Shown: positions 34,746 through 43,129 of the stretch, in pieces
Layout: every line of letters begins with the position of its first letter
How positions within the stretch are numbered: the stretch's first letter is position 1
Program-made: the position numbers and the translations under genes
The notes under the pieces: generated by a model
The model's input: the letters and a program-made list of their open reading frames with translations, nothing else
Told to the model about the DNA's origin: nothing
Database searches by the model: none
From: Octopus bimaculoides
Taxonomy: Eukaryota
Reading direction: 5' to 3'
Assembly: GCF_001194135.2 (NCBI RefSeq)
Contig: NC_068984.1
Coordinates: 101,600,030-101,643,158 of the forward strand
Length of the DNA: 43,129 nucleotides

Positions 34746-36385
34746 TCATCATCGTCGTCGTTTAACGTCTGCTTTCCATGCTGGCATGGGTTGGACAGTT
34801 TGACTGAGGGCTGGCAAGCCAGAAGGCTGCACCAAGCTCCAATCTGATCTGGCAGACTTTCTACAGCTGGATGCCCTTCCTAACACCAACCACTCCAAGA
34901 GTATAGTGGGTGCTTTTTAGGTGCCACTGGCATGAGGGCCAATCAGGCGGTACTGGTATCGACCATACTTGAATGGTGCTTTTTACGTGGCACCAGCATG
35001 GGAGCCAGTCAGGCACCACTGGCAATGATCATGCTCAAATGGTATTTTTTGACAGGAGCCAGTCAGGCAGCACAAGGGTCAGTCAGGTGACACTGGCAAT
35101 GATCTCACTCGAATGGTGCTTTTTATGTGCCACCAGCACAGGACCAGTCAGGCAGCACTGACATTGACCACGCTCAAATGGTGCTTTTTATGTGTCACCA
35201 GCACAGGTACCAAACAGGAGGTACTGTCACTGGCCACAACAATGACTTCACTTGACTCAACAGGTCCTTGCAAGTGCAGCTCATTGCCCAATGGCTACTC
35301 CAAGATGGGCTGGTTATGCTGCATTGGCTCAGGCCATGGTTATGGTCTCACTTGGCCTGCCAGGTCCTCTCAAGCACAGTTCATTTCCAAAGGTCTTAGT
35401 CACTCGTCATCACCTCCGCAAGGCCCAACGTTTGAAGGTCATGCTTCACCACCTCATCCAATGTCTTCCAGGGTCTACCTCTTCCACAGGTTCCCACCAC
35501 TGCTAGGGTATGACATTTTTTTCACACAGCTATCCTCATCCATTCGTACCACATGACCATACCAGCACAGTCATCTCTCTTGCACACATCTGATGCTTCT
35601 TATGTCCAACTTTTCTCTCAGGGTGATTATACTTTGTCATGCATGCACACTGACATTACACATCCAGTGGAGCATACTAGCTTCATTCCTTGCAAGCTTA
35701 TGCATGTCCTCAGCAGTCATAGCCCATGTTTCACTGCCATATAGCATAGCTGTTCACACACATGCATCATACTTTTACTCTGAGCGCGAGGCCTTTTGTC
35801 ACCAGCAGAGATAGGAGCACTCTGAAATTTGCCCAGGCTATTGTTATTCTAGCAGTTACACTCTCAGAGCATCAACTCCCACTACTGACTTCTATTTTTT
35901 TCCCCCTGGCACGTGACGGAAGCTATTTTCTGCACATTTTAAGTGTTTATTGCCCCTGAGCATTTGCCACACACAAAAACTATCTTCCCAGTTAGCCTTC
36001 CTTTGATATTGCTGCACCTCTTATGTGTACACAGCTTACACCAGGTACATCTTATGGAGTTCCTACTTATGCCTTTTCTACAGATTGAGCAGGGCCATCT
36101 ACCTGAAGGGATTTGTGATTTGTTTGCCTTCCTACTTAGTAAGACTTTGGTTTTTGCTAGGTTGACTCTAAGGCCCTTTGATTCTAGACCTTGCTTCCAT
36201 ATCTGAAACTTCTCCTCTAGTTCTGATAGTGACTCAGCTATTAGAGCAAGGTCATCAGCATAGAGAAGCTCCCAGGGGCATCATGTCTTGAATTCCTCAG
36301 TTATTGCCTGGAAGACTATGATGAATAAGAGGAGGCTGAGGACTGATCCTTGGTGGACCCCTACCCAGAATTCTTCACTATACTC
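34746..36385 (-). mobile_element. 5'-truncated RTE-type LINE, second copy
   Basis: Colinear with 28533-29893 and extends to GVHQGSVLSLLLFI...LLYADDLALIAESL; the 3' UTR has internal tandem subrepeats (gcaccagcac...ggagccagtcaggca). Confidence 0.9.
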
Positions 36386-37409
36386 ATTGCCATTTATTTA
36401 TTTATTTATATTTATATATAGCCAGATTAGAAATTTTATGCATATTTGAAACTTCAAAATATTGTTTCCTGATCACAGCTTTGTCTGTTATCCTTCAGAG
36501 CTGGTAAATAAATATCAATAACATATTAGTGTTTATAGAATTAATTTTATCTATACTCAATAAAATTGACCTTCTACATGTTTACATTGAAGGTTAATTC
36601 ACTCAGCACTTGACTCAAAGATTTATTAGTGTCAACTAAATTAATTTGAGCAATGTATTACTGTAGTTCAGAAATACAGAAGAAAAAATGAAATCAGTGA
36701 ATAAATAATCAAAATAGAGGCGTTCCCATGTTCTGAAATATATATCATGCCAAGAGAAACTTGTGTTCCTCGCAAGAAATTTTTGGGACATGGCTAACTA
36801 TTCACAGTATTACCACAGGTAATTGTGAGGTTGAAGAGCTAGAACGAGGTCTCATTTGTAGTCCTATAGGTGGCCTTGGTCACCAAAATGAGATAAAGCT
36901 ATTCATTGAACTAATACATACTAGGGTAAATATTTGTTTGCCCCTAGAGCTTGAGGGATTGTCTAGGGATGTTTGTAAGAGGTCTGATGGACTCTTAGCC
37001 CTTGGGTTAGAGGCACGTGGGATGCCATCATTAGTGACTTGTCTACTCCTTACATGTCCTTAATGTTGTAGCAGATATGTGGATTACTACATCCTCAGCT
37101 GAATGAAATACTGTAATCCGTCAGCAAATTATATTTTTCAATCTGTGGCTTTTGAGATCTTATGAGATGTCGGACTGCTGACAAGTAAGTTTTAAACTTC
37201 TTTAATTTATTATCAAAGATTTCCTTCATTTATTATCAAGAATTTTCTCTCTTCTCTATTTGGAAAACTTTTTGTTAAGGACTGAAGTGGAAAGCTATGA
37301 AAAGCAGAAGTCTCCATAATAAGGAAACAAGAGGAAAAGAGAAAACAGAGATGTTTGACAATGAAGTATATATTACAATAAACAAGACATGAACAGTTTT
37401 ATTACAAAC

Positions 37410-37540
37410 CTTTTTAGAATTCTTTTTCGATGATTGTAAATCTTTTTTAAGATCTGATTTCCCTGGACCAGTTTCTGAAAAGTAAATTGTCCCATGATTA
37501 ATAACTGAATCTGACACAGGCATAGAACACAGAGAATTCT
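37410..37540 (-). CDS. CFAP54: CFAP54 exon: (K)NSLCSMPVSDSVINHGTIYFSETGPGKSDLKKDLQSSKKNSKK
   Basis: Acceptor ttttaag| at 37541, donor AAG|gtttgt at 37409; 131 nt, phase 1 to 0, bridging the flanking exons in frame. The donor is weak. Confidence 0.7.
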
Positions 37541-37630
37541 CTTAAAAGATGTAATGTTATCAGACTAGATAATATCAGTTATATTTAATTATGTTACATA
37601 ACTGCATCATTTTCATCATCATTGTGTGTT

Positions 37631-38010
37631 GTTGGCACTCCGTCGCTTACGATGTCAAGGGTTTCAGTTGATCCGATCAATGGAACAGCCTGCTCGTGAA
37701 ATTAACGTGCAAGTGGCTGAGCACTCCACAGACACGTGTACCCATAACGTAGTTCTTGGGGATATTCAGTGTGACACAGTGTGACAAGGCTGACCCTTTG
37801 AATTACAGGCACAACAGAAACAGGAAGTAAGAGTGAGAGAAAGTTGTGGTGAAAGAGTACAGCAGGGTTTGCCACCATCCCCTGCCGGAGCCTCATGGAG
37901 CTTTAAATGTTTTCGCTCAATAAACACTCACAACACCCGGTCTGGGAATCGAAACCGCGATCCTATGACTGCGAGTCCACGGCCCTAACCACCAGGCCAT
38001 TGTGCCTCCA
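37631..38010 (-). mobile_element. tRNA-derived SINE (family D), full length
   Basis: Reverse complement closely matches 8403-8767. Confidence 0.9.
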
Positions 38011-38392
38011 CCATCATCATTATGATAAAGGCATCAACAGTAGCAGCTGTATTGCTGACAAGATGATGCATAGAAAAATGATAATGACAGTTGTAAATTA
38101 AATGTTAAGTACATATAATTTACACACAATGATAACATTTCATGTTATTTCTGGTGAAAAATATAATTGTTCTTGATCACTGACAGAATAGTAATATGCA
38201 ACTTCATGCGAGATGTAATCCAAGATAATATTTCAAATTTATCATCACAAAATGTAAAACCTCTGAAGTTGTATTTCATTAATATATTTGGAAAATAACA
38301 TTGATCTAATGAAGTGGGAAATTAATTGACTGAACAAATTAACATATGATTGATCATTATATATTTATCTCAGTAAAGGTTTTGAGTCTTAC

Positions 38393-38570
38393 TTATCAGT
38401 TTGCATGATACTCTATAGTAAATAAATAACAATTCAGTGTGTTGATCTCTCATAAAATGACAAATGGGACTCTCAAAATTCAGAAGTTGATCTTTAGGAA
38501 TTAATTTGTTGACATTCTCAGCTGCAGTCTTAACATTATTTCCTGTTTCAGAGACCTGACTATCCTCTTC
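38393..38570 (-). CDS. CFAP54: CFAP54 exon: EEDSQVSETGNNVKTAAENVNKLIPKDQLLNFESPICHFMRDQHTELLFIYYRVSCKLI
   Basis: Polypyrimidine tract then tttag| at 38571, donor |gtaaga at 38392; 178 nt, phase 0 to 1. RDQHTELLFIYYRV resembles human DLHLELIQAQHRI (from memory). Not in the ORF track. Confidence 0.85.
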
Positions 38571-39019
38571 CTAAACAGAGAAATATACAAGAACCATTAT
38601 AAGTAATCAATCACAAAATTAATTAATTAATTAATTAATTAAACACACACATATATGAACTATAGATATGCCAATAAACTACAAGAAGAAATCTCAGTTC
38701 AAGAAATTTTCAAAAGAAAATTATTGGAAAAAATTTGTTTATTATTTTTGAATCCTGGAAAATTAGCTGTGAATAAAAAGAGTTTGGAGACAAACAGAAA
38801 AACCAGTTAAGTATTTTGATTTGTATTTTGAGAGAGTAAACAATAATAAGCTATACAATATATTCTGAAACTATCAGTTAAATAAATCTGAATAGCAAGT
38901 CTCAGGAATAAGCTAATGGTTTAAGCTTCCAAATTGCATTGGTATAATTCATTTTGTCAGTAAGCAAGAAAAAAGATGTCACAGTGACTCAATAAGAGAT
39001 GGAGTCTTAAATATCCTTT

Positions 39020-39260
39020 TCTACTCTAGGCAAAAGGCTAGTCGATTAGATCGACCTCAGTATGCAGCTGGTACTTAATTTATCGACCACCGAAAGGATG
39101 AAAGGCAAAGTCGACCTCGGTGGAATTTGAACTCAGAATGTAAAGACAGACAAAATACCGCTAAGCATTTTGCCTGGCGTNNNNNNNNNNGTAAAGACAG
39201 ACAAAATACCGCTAAGCATTTTGCCTGGCGTGCTAACGTTTCTGCCAGCTTGCCACCTTT
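39020..39260 (-). mobile_element. SINE family B spanning a 10-N gap
   Basis: Same core sequence; 41 bp duplicated on either side of the gap. Confidence 0.8.
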
Positions 39261-39784
39261 CTTAAATATCGATACATCTTGACTGAAAGGACTACCCTAC
39301 ATAGTCCCATACATATGGACATTGTAGGTACTCAGAAGCCCTGCTAGGTAGAAGTTTTTTGTCTGAAGCTTCTAGGAGATATAGTTGGAGAGAGGAAGTT
39401 TTAGTGAGAGGAAGAAGAATAGTACTCTAGATTTTTATCAGGGCCCCTGAGACCAAGGAAGTTCTCCTTAGAGTAGAGGTCTAGATGAAAATCTTGTGGA
39501 GGGCTTGTAGAAGGCATGCAAGAGTTGGGGAAATGTTTTAAAACCAAGTAAAAGAAAAAATCTACCACCCTAAAACAGTCACAACATTTCAGATAGACTA
39601 TCACACTGTTTCTGTTTACCATTCCCCAAATTTCACTCAGTTGGCTTTGGTCAACCTGATACCATGCTAGAAGACACCAGCTCAAGTTGCTGCATAGTAC
39701 AGAGTGACTTCATTTTTATGTCTACATTCTTTGTGTGAAAATGACTGAAAATTATTTAATGTTCATTAGGCTAAAACAATTAGT

Positions 39785-39945
39785 TGAGGTGCATGGCTAA
39801 GTGGTTAGGATGTTGGACTCATGATCGTAAGATTATGGTTTCAGTTCCTGGATCAGGCAATGCAATATGTTCTAGAGCAAAACACTTCATTTCACCTAAC
39901 TCCAGTCCACTCTGCTGGCAAAAATGAATAATCCTGCAGTGGACT
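39785..39945 (+). mobile_element. SINE head fragment (family D-like)
   Basis: gaggtgcatggctaagtggttagg...ggtttcagttcctgg tRNA-like head. Confidence 0.55.
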
Positions 39946-40224
39946 GGGAAATTGGGAAACTGGCCTTATGGTTCTATATTACTCAGGAAGGAGCTTTATC
40001 ATTTATCCTGAAACAAACCATGCAAAAACCAAAAAAACTTATTAATACATAATACTAATCTAAATTTCTGAGTGCTTCAAAAGTTATATGTATTACTAAT
40101 TATCTTCAGAAAACAGCCAGAAGAGAAAAATACAAATGAATTTACATTGAAAGAATTTCTTTCTTAACCAAGATGTTCTCTAAAAGTTGAAGCTGTTTAT
40201 TAACCATACATAGTGTGCTCTTAC

Positions 40225-40484
40225 TTTTACACCCAAAGCATTCCTGGACATTGGACTCTCCTGTTTTGCAGCTAAACTGCGAGCTTGGTCAATATCTTTG
40301 AGGCCTTTCATTAGAATGTTTCTTGCTAATCTCAAAAAATCTTCTTTTGTCAATAGGTGAATATCTGATGGTATAAAAGAATCCTCAACTAAATTTGAAG
40401 ATGAAGAGTTTCCTTCTTTTTTAAATGTCATTTCTGGTGGTGATGATGAAGACATCAAAAGCATTTCTTTTTTCTCTATATCTT
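40225..40484 (-). CDS. CFAP54: CFAP54 internal exon (first in window): (E)DIEKKEMLLMSSSSPPEM...EDFLRLARNILMKGLKDIDQARSLAAKQESPMSRNALGVK
   Basis: Acceptor ttgcag| at 40485, donor |gtaaga at 40224; 260 nt, phase 1 to 0; joins the next exon in frame. Confidence 0.8.
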
Positions 40485-40559
40485 CTGCAAAATAATAATA
40501 ACAATAAAAAAATAACAACTACAATAACAACAGCAAATTAGATTTTTAATTGCTCTAAA

Positions 40560-40772
40560 TATATTAGTTTCAAATTTTGGCACATGGCCAGCAATTTCGA
40601 GGAGGGGATACATCGATTACATGGACCCCAGCAACTGATACTTAATTTATCAATACCAAAAGGATGAAAGGCAAAGTCGACCTTAGCATAATTTGAGCTC
40701 AGAACATAACAACAGATGAAATGCCACTAAGCATTCTGCCCAGCTTGCTAACAATTCTGCCAACTCATCGCC
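40560..40772 (-). mobile_element. SINE family B
   Basis: ggatgaaaggcaaagtcgaccttagcataatttgagctcagaac...gctaacaattctgcc. Confidence 0.8.
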
Positions 40773-41004
40773 TTATTTACTCCTAATATATATGTATATA
40801 TGTATAACTGTAATATATTTTACTGTGTACTGGTATTTTCCTATTTTTATATATATAAAGTAGATAACATTGTCTTTAGACATTTTTCAGTCAGCATTAC
40901 TATTATAACTGAAACATGTGCTACATAACTTCTATACATTTTAATAATTGATGGCAAATTGGAAACCAGATTTTGTATAAATGATAAATGAACCAGTACA
41001 TTAT

Positions 41005-41362
41005 TCTTTTACTTGTTTCAGTCTTTTGACTGTGGCCATGCTGGAGCACTGCCTTTTAGTCGAGCAAATCGACCCCAGGACTTATTCTTTGGAAGCCTAG
41101 TACTTATTCTATCAGTCTCTTTTGTCGAACCGCTAAGTTATGGGGACGTAAACACACCAGCATCAGTTGTCAAGCGATCTTGGGGGGACAAACACAGACA
41201 CACAAACACATACACACATACATATACATATATACGATGGGCTTCTTTCAGTTTCCGTCTACCTAATCCACTCACAAGGCTTTGGTCGGCCCAAGGCTAT
41301 AGTAGAAGACACTTGCCCAAGGTGCTACGCAGTGGGACTGAACCCGGAACCATGTGGTTGAT
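41005..41362 (-). mobile_element. SINE family A
   Basis: ttttacttgtttcagtc...gcagtgggactgaacccggaaccatgtggttgataag; B-box GGTTCAGTCCC on the minus strand. Confidence 0.88.
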
Positions 41363-41824
41363 AAGTATGAATTATCCAGTGTATGATAGAATATAATTTA
41401 TGGAAAATTGAGGAAGGAAATGTAAAGTTAACAGTGATGGTACTCGAAGACTGAATTGATGAGATGAACGAAATTAATTACAACAATTTACAAATTTAAT
41501 AGTGAGTCAGTCAAGTAAATTAAATTGGTCCCAGTAGGAATCTGGTAGTTATTTTACTCATTATACAGATCCTGAAAATATGTTTGAACTTATTGCATAT
41601 TCACAGAGAGACACATAGAGAAACATAGGAACACAGATAATATTTTATACTTCTAAAAAGTAACTTAAAAATTTACAGTTCATTTTGCCATCAGATTCAC
41701 ATTTGAAATGCTCGACTTAAATGTCTATTGAAATGTTTTTATTTTATTAAGTTACCGTGATTTCACACCAGAGTTAAGATTTATCCCCACTTAAATATGG
41801 ATGTTCTGTCAGAACAAACTTTAA

Positions 41825-42012
41825 GGTGGTGAGCTGGCAGAAACGTTAGCATGCCGGGAGAAATGCTTAGCGGTATTTCGTCTGCTGTTACGTTCTCAGT
41901 TCAAATTCCGCCGAGGTTACACACTGGGGTCGATGTAATTGACTTAATCCCTTCATCTGTCCTTGTTTGTCCCCTCTATGTTTAGCCCCTTGTGGGCAAT
42001 AAAGAAATAAGA
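41825..42012 (+). mobile_element. tRNA-derived SINE (family B), internally deleted
   Basis: ggtggtgagctggcagaaacgttagc...cagttcaaattccgccgagg head. Confidence 0.85.
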
Positions 42013-42579
42013 ACAAACTTTACTGCAGTAGATACAGTGAGAGAAATTCTGATAGTAGCTTTTAGTGCAAAAAGCCAATGTGAGAGTTTCTCATGCTTAA
42101 GTGGGGATAACGTGCATGTTTAAGTGGGGATAGATATTACCGCTCAGTTTTAATGCTGCCTCTGTCGCTGATATATATATCTTACCAACCTAAGTTAAGG
42201 ATATTACAGATTCATTCACTTATTAAAATACTAGACTAGGACAAAGTATATTTTTAAAGAACAAAATGTCAAATTCTATATATGTTCTCAAGCAAATCTA
42301 CTTATATTATATCAAAATAGCTATTAAATAAATGTGCTCATTTAGAAAGAAAAGTTTTTCATAATATTTTAAGTTTATTTAAAGAAGACAGTCATTACTC
42401 CATGATTTCTTTCCTTGTGTTAAATTGGCGCAAACTTCTAAAAGTAAAGCCAGGCGAAGTGTAACTTCACTAAAAACTGTAAAATTATGGGAGGAGACAT
42501 GACACCAACACATCACTGAGAAAATCACATCCAGAATAGGCAGCCACTGAAAAATATATTAAAAACGTGTAAGTTATAG

Positions 42580-43129
42580 GTAATAAAATCATTATTACAC
42601 AACCATATTAACACCAACAAGATACCTAGCTTAAGAAATTATAATAATGGCCATAAAAATAGGAAAATTACTTTACATAACAAAATAGATCCCAATAAGA
42701 AAACTACTAATGATAATAGAAACAATAATATAACCCCAAACACTTATGATAACCACAAACCCCTTTCATATTACAAATTTAGAAGAAAAAATTCTATATG
42801 GCTTAACATCCCTTACAACTATGCAGTATCTACGAACATCGAAAAGAAATTTATGGATATCTTACAAAAAAATTTCGACCCTAACCATAGATATTCTAAA
42901 ATCTTCTCTCAACACACAATCCGTATCTCATACTCTACTCTCCCCAATATAGGATCTATTATCAATAAGTTAAATAGAAAGAACATTGAACTAGCTAGGA
43001 CCCTTGAAAATAAAAATTGTCTTATTATTGATAACAACACAAATAACTACCAAACAATTAATAACACCAACGCAACCAATAATCATGCACATGTTAATGA
43101 ACATATTAATACTTCAACTGCTAACATAG
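42580..43129 (+). mobile_element. Penelope-like element, RT-to-endonuclease linker region; frame open to the window end
   Basis: RRKNSIWLNIPYNYAVSTNIEKKFMDILQKNFDPNHRYSKIFSQHTIRISYSTLPNIGSIINKLN matches the remembered PLE motif RKRNIIWFNPPYS..V.TNIG..FL..I...FP..H...KIFN..T.KVSYSCMPN...II. Confidence 0.88.

Noticed and set aside
39140-39231. 41-bp duplication
   Set aside because: It flanks a 10-N gap inside a SINE, so it is an assembly artefact.
1-43129. CRISPR arrays, rRNA, true tRNA genes, prokaryotic operons
   Set aside because: None seen; the tRNA-like A/B boxes all belong to SINE heads.

Overview
Eukaryotic, AT-rich, repeat-dense genomic DNA with three assembly gaps. The SINE/LINE families look like those of Octopus (inference from remembered repeat families). 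The only host gene supported is an internal part of CFAP54 (cilia- and flagella-associated protein 54) on the minus strand. It has 14 GT-AG exons (40484 down to 1099); the first 13 join in phase, at least one more exon is needed between 6657 and 1174, and both gene ends lie outside the window. The introns hold a decayed Gypsy LTR retrotransposon, RTE LINE fragments, several tRNA-derived SINE families, Tc1/mariner, hAT and piggyBac-like non-autonomous elements, and Penelope-like element (PLE) remnants. Three observations stand out. (1) A U1 snRNA pseudogene lies in sense orientation 75 nt downstream of a CFAP54 5' splice site, and its 5' end can pair in cis with that site. (2) A 35-nt minimal hammerhead ribozyme motif has an apparently compensatory A3-U8 core pair. 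(3) A 299-bp near-perfect palindrome carries a minimal hammerhead motif in each arm. Protein and RNA family assignments come from remembered motifs, not database searches.
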